IMG/VR virus record: IMGVR_UViG_3300042197_004886
Location: 1 to 60,162 of that record
Strand: one strand, 5' to 3'
Length of the DNA: 60,162 nucleotides
Source: a virus
Lineage: Duplodnaviria > Caudoviricetes
Shown: one piece after another, positions 38,591 to 48,191 of the stretch
How the letters are laid out: each line of letters begins with the position of its first letter
How positions within the stretch are numbered: position 1 is the first letter of the stretch
Made by a program: the position numbers and the translations under genes
The notes under the pieces: generated by a model
What the model was told of the DNA's origin: nothing
Database searches by the model: none
The model's input: only the letters and a program-made list of their open reading frames with translations

Positions 38591-39379
38591 GGAGACCTTT
38601 ACTGTCTTAGACAACACCGTCTCTTTAAAGGTGTTAACGATTGCGCTTGCTGCACCGGGAGTAGGCGGAAATTTTGCGTCTACTACTGATGCCATTGCAG
38701 TCAGCAACAAAAATAGAGTATCGCCTAATACTGCTGGGCCCATTACTGGACTGTGGCCGACTTTGACAAAGTTACCGTTCACCCATATCTCGTTAGAGGC
38801 TGCCTCGATCTCGCTACCGGAGGTCACCTCGATCCTTGAATTTGCATGGATAGAGATATTGCCTCCTCGCAATTCAATAATCGACTGGGACTCCGAGTGC
38901 TCAATGGTAATACTCTTGTCTCGACCAATATTTACCCTAGAACCCTTCAGCTGCATGGTGATGCCCTTTGAAATAGTAAACCAGACCTTAAGCTCTTCGT
39001 CGCCGTCGAACAGCACCACATGGGAGCCTAAATACTCTCCGTCTTTGCCCAATTCCTCACGCACGTCCTCTGCAATCTCGTGCAAAGAATAATACTCGGG
39101 CGAGTATGGGTTTCCGTTATCGAATCGCACTGCAACTACTGCTCCTTTCTTTGGTACTGATAGCGAGCCACCAAGCCCGTCCTTGCCAAAGTAGGCGCTC
39201 TTTTGTTTGGGATAGGCCCAAGGCAGATCCTCTACGGGAATATCGTCATAGAGACTAATTACCCGAATCCTGGCTCTGCCCTCTTTGCGCGGATCGTTTG
39301 GGTCTTCGACTATTCCCAAGAACTGCTTGTCTACTAAGTCTAGCCCTCTGCGTTCGATATCGTGATTTTGGTCCATCAT
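38585..39379 (-). CDS. Baseplate hub/spike protein (gp5 OB-fold-like, no lysozyme domain)
   Basis: GIVEDPNDPRKEGRARIRV...LPWAYP...SVPKKG..VAVRF, then a beta-helix-like region. Confidence 0.85.
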   Translation of the reverse strand: MMDQNHDIERRGLDLVDKQFLGIVEDPNDPRKEGRARIRVISLYDDIPVEDLPWAYPKQKSAYFGKDGLGGSLSVPKKGAVVAVRFDNGNPYSPEYYSLHEIAEDVREELGKDGEYLGSHVVLFDGDEELKVWFTISKGITMQLKGSRVNIGRDKSITIEHSESQSIIELRGGNISIHANSRIEVTSGSEIEAASNEIWVNGNFVKVGHSPVMGPAVLGDTLFLLLTAMASVVDAKFPPTPGAASAIVNTFKETVLSKTVKVSL

Positions 39380-39384
39380 ATTAG

Positions 39385-39412
39385 ATTATATCCTGATCTG
39401 GTTATTTAGTTT
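39385..39412 (-). promoter_or_regulatory. Putative promoter AAAC-N18-TATAAT
   Basis: Recurrent motif. Confidence 0.5.
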
Positions 39413-40472
39413 AGTTTCCGTAAATATTTCCCAAGTCTTCTACTGGAGGTTCAAGAAAATTGCTGGCCGCGCCCAGTGCTGGATTAATCAGGCCGCCGAC
39501 TGATGCTAGTGCATTTTGTACGGACTGACCCGCGTTTTGAATATTGTCCCCAATTACTGGTAGACCAGAGAGAAAAGAGCCAACGTTTGTTGCCAAGGCA
39601 CCGAGTGTGCGTCCGCTCCAAGGATTATTGATGTCGGTTTTTGTACGATCATCAAAGAGTCGGCTGCCGTCTGGATAACGACTCTCCTCTTCAAAGAAAC
39701 CTACTTTGATCTTGAAACTATTGGTGGCTGGCGTCCTAGTGGTGGCGACCTCTAGTCTGGCGCCGCCAGCAAAAGTATCGCTAAAATCAAACTCGCACTG
39801 TCTACACCTGAATTTTACGTAGCCGTACTGTTCTAACACATTAGAGAAGACGTTTCCTCCACCGACGATGTTACCGATCGCTCCGGTATTTACGCCAAGT
39901 GCCGCCGCAACATTTTGTCCTACGCCAGGAATTCGATACCTAATGTTTCTGGCCTCAGCCACATAGACGTCCATTGCAAACCATCGCAGGTTATCGGGCA
40001 CCCTTTCTCGCATGAATACCTTGTCATAGATCGCATTACGATAAATATCGGCAAGCTCATTAATTCTAAGATCTATCGCCTCTAGTGTATTGACTGTGAT
40101 GACTGCGTCCTTGGCCTTTTGTGGCTTTTCTGCATCAGTCGCGGCTTTCCACATCGTGTTTAGACCGCTGATGCTTTGAAAATACCAGGGTGCATCAAAT
40201 GTAAGGTATCTTAGTATATTCTTAAATACCACCAGTCCATTTGCCTCCGCTGTATAGCCTCGGTTCTTTAAAAAATCGACTGCAGTGTCCGCATTTGTTC
40301 TGAAAAGTGGAGAGTCCCACAGCTGCAGATCGGTAAATGCGGCTGACTCTACCGGTTCAAAGATAAAATCAATAGCAAAGGTCAAGAAAGTAGGCTCGTC
40401 GTAAGGATCAGTAAAAAATCCCTTCCTAAAGTTGTCAGTCTTATTCTGTATTCCGTAAAAATTATGTGGCAT
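39411..40472 (-). CDS. Putative baseplate/tail-tube-like structural protein
   Basis: Position in the baseplate operon; PWYFQSISGL...LEAIDLRI. Confidence 0.5.
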   Translation of the reverse strand: MPHNFYGIQNKTDNFRKGFFTDPYDEPTFLTFAIDFIFEPVESAAFTDLQLWDSPLFRTNADTAVDFLKNRGYTAEANGLVVFKNILRYLTFDAPWYFQSISGLNTMWKAATDAEKPQKAKDAVITVNTLEAIDLRINELADIYRNAIYDKVFMRERVPDNLRWFAMDVYVAEARNIRYRIPGVGQNVAAALGVNTGAIGNIVGGGNVFSNVLEQYGYVKFRCRQCEFDFSDTFAGGARLEVATTRTPATNSFKIKVGFFEEESRYPDGSRLFDDRTKTDINNPWSGRTLGALATNVGSFLSGLPVIGDNIQNAGQSVQNALASVGGLINPALGAASNFLEPPVEDLGNIYGN

Positions 40473-40478
40473 CTTGTA

Positions 40479-41987
40479 TTATGGAGTTTTTTTCGATGGT
40501 TTCCACTCCCGTCTGGCTAAAAATAGCTCAGTATAGAGGCCGTTTGGGTGTAACCGGTCGTAGTGATACTTCGCACTGCTGACGTAATAGTAACCGCTCA
40601 GCTGTTGGTCTGGAATCTGCTTACGAAGATCGGGCTGTTCTGCCTGTTCTTTTGCCTTCTGGTCGTCTACGCTGGGCGTGGCTTTACGTATTCGCTCTGC
40701 CTCCTGTATTGAAATATAGATAGGTACTGTGAATCCTCGCACTACTTGAAAATTGATATTGTTTAGCGTGACCCTTAGTTTGATCTTGTCTAATTCACGC
40801 AGGTTATGATCGTTTAGTAGGCGAGCGGCATTCCACTCTGGATGATTGTTACCATAATCAATATTCATCCATTTCTTTATCTTGTTCTCAGCCAGGCTCT
40901 CTTCAGTCGGCACTAAATAATTTGTTTGATTACGATCAATGCTCTTTAACGGAGCCATAAAAAAGTCTTTGAACTTTTCCTTTGGCGCCTGTGTTGCCTT
41001 AAGGTGATCGTAATAGAAGATATTTTTTTTGTAGCCTTGTCTTTTTATTATTTGGCCCTGCTCAGAAACCAAGTTTAGCGTCGTGATGTAATTGGGACTT
41101 CTGCTCTGCTCGAGTTCAGTCGTCAGATAGTTAATCATCGTCTGCTCTTCAAGTTGCTTTTTTACAGCGTCACCCTTTACCTTTTGGCTGATTCCGCTGG
41201 CTAATGCATTTGCCGCAGTCAAAAAAGTAAGCTGAGGATCCTCTATTTTTAGCTGACGATTTACCTCTACATAATTTAAAAAATAGTACTTATCGATAAA
41301 CACGCTGAAGAAAGAATCGTCATCCTGGTATGCGTGTTTTGCAATCGTCTGGATAAAGTGATAGGCTCCAGAGTTAATATTGATCCAGGTCATCTTGTCG
41401 TTGGGTGAGCTTTCGTTTTCTGCAAATCCCAGTTTTAAATCTTCACATATCCTCTTTAAAGCCTCCTTTGAATTTAGGTTAGCATAGCTCTTCGACACGT
41501 TGTTGTAGATTCCCGGCACATATAACTCCCCTTTGATAAGATAGGAGGTGCCGATCCCGACTCCAGTCCTTGCTCCTGTGTACTTTGCTGGGGTAGATTT
41601 TACCTCGGTTATCAGAAAATCGCAGCGCACAGGTTTTAGCTTTTCAGTACCTACCTTTAGATAGAGACTCATGATTAGATCCACTTTTGGAAAGTAATCC
41701 CCTGCAAATTCTCCCGCGCCATCCGTAAAGGTCAACATTACGGTTGGGATAAAATGTGTCTCGTCCAAGACCATCGTGTCGATATTTCTTACGATCTGGC
41801 CGGCAATTTTTACAAATGGTGAATTGGCTCCAGTCTTTTGTGAAGAGTCCGGTAAGTTTGCTGGTGCTTTGTAGGCTGCCTTGACCTTGCCGTTGTTTGG
41901 GGTATCGTTGGAGGTGTCCTCCTCGTACAGCTCCTTTAGGGGAACTTTTGGCAATAGCGTGCCTTTTATGATTTGACCAAATGACAT
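40479..41987 (-). CDS. Putative baseplate hub protein (gp27/GpD-like)
   Basis: Between gp53-like and gp5-like genes; C-terminal LSGYYYV...TELFLARREW. Confidence 0.55.
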   Translation of the reverse strand: MSFGQIIKGTLLPKVPLKELYEEDTSNDTPNNGKVKAAYKAPANLPDSSQKTGANSPFVKIAGQIVRNIDTMVLDETHFIPTVMLTFTDGAGEFAGDYFPKVDLIMSLYLKVGTEKLKPVRCDFLITEVKSTPAKYTGARTGVGIGTSYLIKGELYVPGIYNNVSKSYANLNSKEALKRICEDLKLGFAENESSPNDKMTWININSGAYHFIQTIAKHAYQDDDSFFSVFIDKYYFLNYVEVNRQLKIEDPQLTFLTAANALASGISQKVKGDAVKKQLEEQTMINYLTTELEQSRSPNYITTLNLVSEQGQIIKRQGYKKNIFYYDHLKATQAPKEKFKDFFMAPLKSIDRNQTNYLVPTEESLAENKIKKWMNIDYGNNHPEWNAARLLNDHNLRELDKIKLRVTLNNINFQVVRGFTVPIYISIQEAERIRKATPSVDDQKAKEQAEQPDLRKQIPDQQLSGYYYVSSAKYHYDRLHPNGLYTELFLARREWKPSKKTP

Positions 41988-42574
41988 TAGAATAGGTTTG
42001 CTTTAGTTAACTGTTGTATTAATCTGGCTCTCGAGATCGGCACAGGACAATTTTCCTTGTTTACCTGGGTAACGTCTTCTCCGAATATTACCTTGCCGTC
42101 TTTTACCTTCACGTTTTGGTTACCTTTGGTATTGACGTTCGGCGGCACGATTTCCTTTACCTTGTCCTTGAGAGCCTCGAGCCGCTTTTTGTCTTTAACT
42201 GTTTTTGGGTTAAGAAGTTTATCTTCGTTGCTCTCTTTTTGCTGGCTACCAATATCGATTATCTCCTTTGGAGAAACCAACATCTGTTCTAAGTTTTTGT
42301 AGGGAGGCACCAACAGGATATCGTATCTCTCGATGGCAAAAGGATTGGAGATGCCGTTATATTTTAACAGGGCTTCGTAAAACCTCTGTTCGCCGTACAT
42401 CCTTACTGAGAGTAGATCGGGCCGCATCTGTTCCTCTTCTGATACCCGAATATAGGACTCAGATATTCCAGGGTCCTTTTCAAAGCTAAAGGTTGCACTG
42501 GTCAAGTCGACGATAACGTCGCCGTTTTCTTTTGTAAATGTGTTTTTTAATCTAAGCAGCCTAGTTATTAACAT
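41987..42574 (-). CDS. Baseplate wedge protein (gp53/LysM-like)
   Basis: RPDLLSVRMYG...LLKYNGISNPF...ILLVP. Confidence 0.8.
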   Translation of the reverse strand: MLITRLLRLKNTFTKENGDVIVDLTSATFSFEKDPGISESYIRVSEEEQMRPDLLSVRMYGEQRFYEALLKYNGISNPFAIERYDILLVPPYKNLEQMLVSPKEIIDIGSQQKESNEDKLLNPKTVKDKKRLEALKDKVKEIVPPNVNTKGNQNVKVKDGKVIFGEDVTQVNKENCPVPISRARLIQQLTKANLF

Positions 42575-42575
42575 G

Positions 42576-44546
42576 TTAGTCCTTTGTTTTTAAGTCTCTA
42601 AAATAATCAGTCAGCGAGTTTGATTTTGCAAACCGCTCGCCGTATGCTCTAGCAACGTTTACTCTAAAATAATTAGCCAGTTTTGTGGCAGAGCTTGCAC
42701 TTATTCCTGTTCTGTTTCCTACAGTATCGTCACCTGCGATGTTATCAAAATTAACCTGAGTTACCCCGACCTGTGAGCTCTTTTCTTTGAAGTTAGCATC
42801 GCTTTTTGTCTCCGCACTAGCTGTAGAGCTTCCGTTCTTTGCAGTATTTATGGCAATGCTGTTCTTCTCTCCATAGGAATTGTAGGCACTCGACGGTTGG
42901 GGCAGTGCTGTAAAGAACATGGATCCTCCTCCTAAGTTGAACATGGATTCAATATCCTGTTTTGCTCTAGGCCTTCCGTGACTTAGCGTCACCTTAAAGG
43001 TTATCTCGGTCGGAAAGTCGTCCAGTCCCAGTGCCTCACCGAATTTGATCTTAGTATTATTTAGACATAGGTTGCCTATGACTGCCACTGGATGCATGGG
43101 GTTTCCGACTGTCAGGTGCCATTCACCGACTGCCCTACCGTCTAGGTATGACCTCATTTTTAGAGGAGTCTGCATAAGGTCGCTGACCCAAGAACCGGCT
43201 AGGTTCTGTGCGCCTTGCGAACTGGCTAGAGTGTCGGCCGCCTTTGAAATATCGCCCGACTTTACATTTTTTGACAGGTCGTCTATCAACTTTGCCAATT
43301 CTCCGCCCTTTGATTGAATCTGCCCTATCGCATAGGAGATGACGTCCCTGATTCCTCCGATAAAATCTCCCTCTTCGAACTTTTGAGAGGGCAGTCCAGG
43401 TAAAATAAATCCAGTCTTTTGAAAATATCGAATTCCTCCTCCCCAAAATTCTGCCTTGTTGTGGGTAAGCGATAGGAAATTACTGATAAGATCCAGCATT
43501 GCTATCTTGGGATTTACGTTATTGAACGTTCTAAGCTTATAGGTAAAGTCCAGACTAATCGGGTGTTCGTAGGTAAATCCTCTGCGCCTGATCTGTGTGC
43601 TGTTTATTACGTTGATTGGTCCCTGTATTCTATTCCAATACTGACCCTCGGAACCATACGAATCTTTTATCCACTGTTGAATTTTTGCATCATATCCAGT
43701 CGCGGCATAGGGGTTTGCCGGATTATCGAATAGCGTAGCTAATAATACTTTACGCAAGTTTGGGGCTAGCTCTTTGGTGAGGCCGGCTGCATCTAGGAGA
43801 GATTCGGCCTGTACTTCATTACCTGTGACGTCTTTAATATCTGCGGATAATTCTTTCCAATTAAATCCATACTTTATTCCCAATACGTTGTCTAGCTGAT
43901 TGCCGCTTTCTCCGCCCCACCAGGTAACTGCTTGCGCAATCGGAATCAGTGGCGATTTTGAATCAGCCACCTGTAAATTATCCTCTACTGGAATTGGGTA
44001 TCTGCGCAAAGTCAGCAGTCGATTGTTTGGAATCTTACCATACCACTTGCACCACAAAAAATCATTTAACTGGTATGGCGTTGCTGCCAGTGCAGTGTCC
44101 GCATTATTGTCTCCAGCCCGATTACGAGCCCAATCTATTATTCGGGAAGCCGTCGGGTTTGCAGTAGATCCCTTGTCTGCCTGTATCAGGGACAGTGCTC
44201 CCTTCAGTAGAGAATCGGCATTACTGCCCAATATGTAATTCTCAAAGTTCATGTTAATATCTCGATGATATTCTGGACTATATATCTTTCCATCGATTGC
44301 GCCGTACTTTGAATATCTAAATACGTAAAAAGGATTAAATAACGAGTCAGTTCCTTTGATTGCCGTGGCGCTTCCCGATCCGCCAGGTTTGTCAACTCCA
44401 CCGTATGATTCTGCTCGATAGCTACTGGCGATTTGAGGGTTAGTTTCCGTGATGCTTAGTATCTGATTTACGACAGAGCCTAAATTCACCTCCTGATTTG
44501 GTGCGCTGTTTGCTCCCAATATGTTGTCTGAACCGGGTATTGCCAT
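42576..44546 (-). CDS. Putative baseplate tail-tube cap (gp48-like) structural protein
   Basis: First gene of the baseplate operon after an ATAAATA motif; IGNLCL...F...LGLDDFPTEI.F.VTL. Confidence 0.5.
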   Translation of the reverse strand: MAIPGSDNILGANSAPNQEVNLGSVVNQILSITETNPQIASSYRAESYGGVDKPGGSGSATAIKGTDSLFNPFYVFRYSKYGAIDGKIYSPEYHRDINMNFENYILGSNADSLLKGALSLIQADKGSTANPTASRIIDWARNRAGDNNADTALAATPYQLNDFLWCKWYGKIPNNRLLTLRRYPIPVEDNLQVADSKSPLIPIAQAVTWWGGESGNQLDNVLGIKYGFNWKELSADIKDVTGNEVQAESLLDAAGLTKELAPNLRKVLLATLFDNPANPYAATGYDAKIQQWIKDSYGSEGQYWNRIQGPINVINSTQIRRRGFTYEHPISLDFTYKLRTFNNVNPKIAMLDLISNFLSLTHNKAEFWGGGIRYFQKTGFILPGLPSQKFEEGDFIGGIRDVISYAIGQIQSKGGELAKLIDDLSKNVKSGDISKAADTLASSQGAQNLAGSWVSDLMQTPLKMRSYLDGRAVGEWHLTVGNPMHPVAVIGNLCLNNTKIKFGEALGLDDFPTEITFKVTLSHGRPRAKQDIESMFNLGGGSMFFTALPQPSSAYNSYGEKNSIAINTAKNGSSTASAETKSDANFKEKSSQVGVTQVNFDNIAGDDTVGNRTGISASSATKLANYFRVNVARAYGERFAKSNSLTDYFRDLKTKD

Positions 44547-44562
44547 GTTGTGGGTTTTTTAT

Positions 44563-44569
44563 TATTTAT
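44563..44569 (-). promoter_or_regulatory. Late promoter-like ATAAATA
   Basis: GATAAATAATAAAA upstream of the baseplate operon. Confidence 0.6.
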
Positions 44570-44598
44570 CGAAAATCAAAAAATAGCAACGCTTGCCC

Positions 44599-46323
44599 CT
44601 ATTTACGTTGTATAAAATCGGCAAAACTAGGCACGCTATTTGTGGGCTTGGTCTTTTTTGCTTTGCTCTTTTTCTTCTTAGCTCCAGTTTTCTTTCCAGG
44701 CCCTAACAGAGAAAAGGTGTCCATTCCTCCAGCCAAGCTTCCAGGAGTCTGCATGATCTGGCCTGGAGATTCTGGATTGACTGCAACAAAACCAGGCGAA
44801 TCGGCAACTGACAACATGTCCTCCCTTAATTTGCCCTCTTTCTTGCTAGAAAATGTCTTATTGATTGCTGCCGCGTAGTCTCTGCCAGCCTGTTTGCCTC
44901 CGACTACTGTGACGGTTCCTTGCACTATTGCATTAAGCCCTCTAAAGATCGCAACATTACGTTGGTACGCAGCTTTTGCTACCTGTTCATTACCCCTGTC
45001 TGGAATGGCAGAGAAGAGTCCTCCAAGCATCATTCCAAGTCCCTTAAGTATGTTACGTAACGGGCTCTCCTTCTTGCGATCTTCCTCAGAAACTGCCAGT
45101 TTGACCTTTGTGTAAAGCGGTAGGCGAATCTCAGGTTTTAGCTGGATTCCGCCAAAATTTCCCAAGTTAAATTCTCTGGAGAGATAATAATTCTTGATAT
45201 CTTTTTCTCTCTCAGTGACTGCGGTATTAAGCGAAGACTTTAGGTTTTGGGTGTCCCTCTCCGAGAGGTCTCCGTCTACTCTAGAATCGATATATTTTGC
45301 GATCCACTCGCTAGATGCCTTTAAGTAGGTCAGCTGGTTCTCCTCTTTTGCGCTCTCTTGAGCAATCGACTCCACCTCAAATTCTTTTATCCTTGCTGGG
45401 TCATCGTTGAAGACCTGCGATTCAAGCACGCTCTTCATCCATGCCGGATCTTTTTCCATCAGAGCTCTAAATAACTGATAATGGTCGCCGGCTTTTTCTA
45501 TCTGATCGTTTGACATTACTGGCAGCGATGCTAGGTTAATTGCCTTAATCAGCGTATCGATAATCCTCTTCTTGTTCTTGATGGAGCCTGTTTTTGGATC
45601 CTTGGGTTCCTTCTTTTCGATCTTTTCCTCTTTTTCTTTGATTGCATTTTTTAGAAACTGTGCCAGGCCCAGAAATTCAATCAAGTCCTTATACTTAAAG
45701 AGTATGTTTGCTCCGTCTGGAGTTTCAGGAATGGAATCAATGTTCTTCTTTTCCTGATCGAGGATCTTCTTGAACCCCAGGCCGGCTCCAGCTTTGCTTG
45801 CCGTCATGATCTTATCCACCTTTGCTCTTTTTTCTGGACTTAGGTCGACTGCCTCGGTCAAGGCACCAGTCTGACCAGCAAAGAGTCTATAGATCTTTAA
45901 CAATCTCTCTGAGATATTAGTATAGTCCTTTAGATACTGTACAAATTTTGTCTGTTCCCTGTCCCGATCCAGGGTATCGATAAAATCGATGAGCGCATCG
46001 CAGTCCTTTTTCTTCTTTTCAGTAAATTTCTCGATGAATTCCAACGGCTCGTCTTTGGTAAGCAGCTCGAAGATGTCCCCTAAATGCGGAGCCTCTGGAT
46101 TCTCCAAGTAGTCCAATGGAATCGAGTCCAACGTCTTTTCAATAGCTTCAAAAGAGGTATCTAGAGAATTTTTTTCGTTGGGGTCCCCGCCTATCTTTGA
46201 TTCGATCTGGTTTTTGATAGCATTGTAGTCTATCACAGGCGGCTGCTTGAGCTGATTTTGGTCTGCCTCGACAATAAGTTGGCCCCTTTCGATAAAATTA
46301 CGTAGATATGCTGCAAATCCCAT
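44599..46323 (-). CDS. Hypothetical late protein (possible head/internal protein)
   Basis: 574-aa helical ORF with ATAAATA upstream (46343-46349). Confidence 0.7.
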   Translation of the reverse strand: MGFAAYLRNFIERGQLIVEADQNQLKQPPVIDYNAIKNQIESKIGGDPNEKNSLDTSFEAIEKTLDSIPLDYLENPEAPHLGDIFELLTKDEPLEFIEKFTEKKKKDCDALIDFIDTLDRDREQTKFVQYLKDYTNISERLLKIYRLFAGQTGALTEAVDLSPEKRAKVDKIMTASKAGAGLGFKKILDQEKKNIDSIPETPDGANILFKYKDLIEFLGLAQFLKNAIKEKEEKIEKKEPKDPKTGSIKNKKRIIDTLIKAINLASLPVMSNDQIEKAGDHYQLFRALMEKDPAWMKSVLESQVFNDDPARIKEFEVESIAQESAKEENQLTYLKASSEWIAKYIDSRVDGDLSERDTQNLKSSLNTAVTEREKDIKNYYLSREFNLGNFGGIQLKPEIRLPLYTKVKLAVSEEDRKKESPLRNILKGLGMMLGGLFSAIPDRGNEQVAKAAYQRNVAIFRGLNAIVQGTVTVVGGKQAGRDYAAAINKTFSSKKEGKLREDMLSVADSPGFVAVNPESPGQIMQTPGSLAGGMDTFSLLGPGKKTGAKKKKSKAKKTKPTNSVPSFADFIQRK

Positions 46324-46367
46324 TACTCTAGAGTATTTTAGTTATTTATCAAGCTGGGATAAGCTGA

Positions 46368-46565
46368 TTACTTACCGCCCTTCCTCTTGAATTGAGAATA
46401 GGGAATCACCCACAGCTTGCGATTGACGTTTTTCTTTACATAATCAAAGATCGAGGTCTTGGGATCCTCTTCTGGATGCTGCAATACCGCATTCTGCAGT
46501 TGAGCCTTGCCTTTACGATAGTCGTCTAGGTTTTTCCAGCTTTCTTCTTGATGTTTTTTGGCCAT
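46368..46565 (-). CDS. Small basic hypothetical protein
   Basis: ORF in track, co-oriented with neighbours. Confidence 0.6.
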   Translation of the reverse strand: MAKKHQEESWKNLDDYRKGKAQLQNAVLQHPEEDPKTSIFDYVKKNVNRKLWVIPYSQFKRKGGK

Positions 46566-46576
46566 TTTTGGTTGAT

Positions 46577-48142
46577 TTATTTTAGGGTAGTGTACTCTCC
46601 CTTGATGAAATTGATGTGTTGTGCTTTGCCGTCCTGGTGAATGATAACGTGCGACTGTAACCAGCCACTGGCTCCCTGATTGTAGCCAATCCTTAGATGG
46701 GTCGAGGTACCGACTGCTAGAGCTCCGTCTTTTCTGCCAGGCGAGTGATAGTGACCTACCACGATCTTAGTATTAAGCTTTCTAAACTGTAATAAGGAAC
46801 CTCGACTGCCACCAGAACCTATGTCTCCATGCTGTCCCAGCTCCCAGCCCTTGACGATAAAACTATCGCTGCGACCCAGCGTCTTGAACAGGGGATATCG
46901 CTGCCTGATCACGTATGGAATAATACCATGCGGAGCGGCATCACTTAGTAAAGCGGCAGCAAACTGCATGTACTCTAAAGAGTTCTTTAGGGTCACTGTT
47001 TTTCTCCAATCGGTGTCTTTCAACCACCGATCAACAAAATCGTCGTGGTTGCTACGCACTATCGTTACATCATAGTCTTCAAAGGCCTTAAGCCCTTCCA
47101 ACATCGTATCGATTTCTCTCTTTAGATAGTTGGCACCGCTCATCTCCTTCTTGTACTGTACAAAAGGATCCTTTAATTCGTGGTGGTTTATCGAGTCGCC
47201 GTCGAACACGTCATGTAAAATTACATGCTCCGGTCTGATCTTTTTCATCAGCCCAAAGGTCGCCTCCAATACCGCTGGGTCGTGTTTGCCCCAATGTAGG
47301 TCGCCCAATACGATGGCCCCGACAGAATCTACTCTAGTTACCAGACTCTCGTCGTTCAGGGATTCCACCCGATAGAAGAGATCGGTAAAGCTGCCTTCGT
47401 CGTTTGCAGTCACCTGCCTTACGAAAAAGATATCGTCGTTCTTGATCTCGACCACGACGAAACCCAGGGTATGGTGAAACTCGCCCTTCTTGCCAGCTTT
47501 GGAATCTGTGTAATTTCTGAGCGTACAGGCTCCAGTAGTAAGCATCATTTTTGGTAGGCTTGTCTCCAGCACTGGAATCATCTCTAACTGCACCTTTGAC
47601 GAGCCAAAAATACAGGAATTGACTCCACTCATGCCCTGTAAACCCGTCATTGGGTCTACTGCAGTCGGCTGGATCTTTACATCGGACATGATCGAGAGAT
47701 ACTTATGTATGTCGTGACGATTTGCATCCAAATAGTCCTCGATCCTCTCAGACCAGGTGTCGTATTTCTTATCAGTAAAGACTGAAGTCGGATTCTTGTA
47801 ACGGCCTGCAATCACGTGGATGTCGGCCTCAATAAATTCAGCGTACTTTTCAATATTGCTGATCAGCTTTTCGTGGACTGGGGTGTCGTTTTGTGCCCAG
47901 GTAATAATGAATCTCTTCTTGTCCCGATTGATCTGCTTGGCCTTTGCGATAAGCAGCTGTGGTGATTCTTCTACCGCCTTTTTGCTATAACCTAGTTTGG
48001 AGATCCAGCTGTTAATTGTCCTCTCTGATCTGCCGAACCGCTGTGCCAAGGTGGCCATTCTTTGGTCCCAAGAGAGGGCTTTGTTAAAATAAGTGGTTGC
48101 TATAAACTCAATATCCTCGTCTTCAAGTTCAGTAAATTTCAT
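46577..48142 (-). CDS. Calcineurin-like metallophosphoesterase with an N-terminal HTH
   Basis: GDLH, HDVFD, SNHD, HGD, GHYH; N-terminal LAQRFGRSERTINSW. Confidence 0.8.
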   Translation of the reverse strand: MKFTELEDEDIEFIATTYFNKALSWDQRMATLAQRFGRSERTINSWISKLGYSKKAVEESPQLLIAKAKQINRDKKRFIITWAQNDTPVHEKLISNIEKYAEFIEADIHVIAGRYKNPTSVFTDKKYDTWSERIEDYLDANRHDIHKYLSIMSDVKIQPTAVDPMTGLQGMSGVNSCIFGSSKVQLEMIPVLETSLPKMMLTTGACTLRNYTDSKAGKKGEFHHTLGFVVVEIKNDDIFFVRQVTANDEGSFTDLFYRVESLNDESLVTRVDSVGAIVLGDLHWGKHDPAVLEATFGLMKKIRPEHVILHDVFDGDSINHHELKDPFVQYKKEMSGANYLKREIDTMLEGLKAFEDYDVTIVRSNHDDFVDRWLKDTDWRKTVTLKNSLEYMQFAAALLSDAAPHGIIPYVIRQRYPLFKTLGRSDSFIVKGWELGQHGDIGSGGSRGSLLQFRKLNTKIVVGHYHSPGRKDGALAVGTSTHLRIGYNQGASGWLQSHVIIHQDGKAQHINFIKGEYTTLK

Positions 48143-48163
48143 AGTGTACTAAAAAATTTATAT

Positions 48164-48191
48164 CTTATATCTCTATTGGAGAAATAAGTTT
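48164..48191 (-). promoter_or_regulatory. Putative promoter AAAC-N18-TATAAG
   Basis: Recurrent motif. Confidence 0.45.

Noticed and set aside
38562-39092. 176-aa plus-strand ORF and similar antisense ORFs across the window
   Set aside because: They lie antisense to well-supported genes (here the gp5-like gene) and have no recognisable motifs
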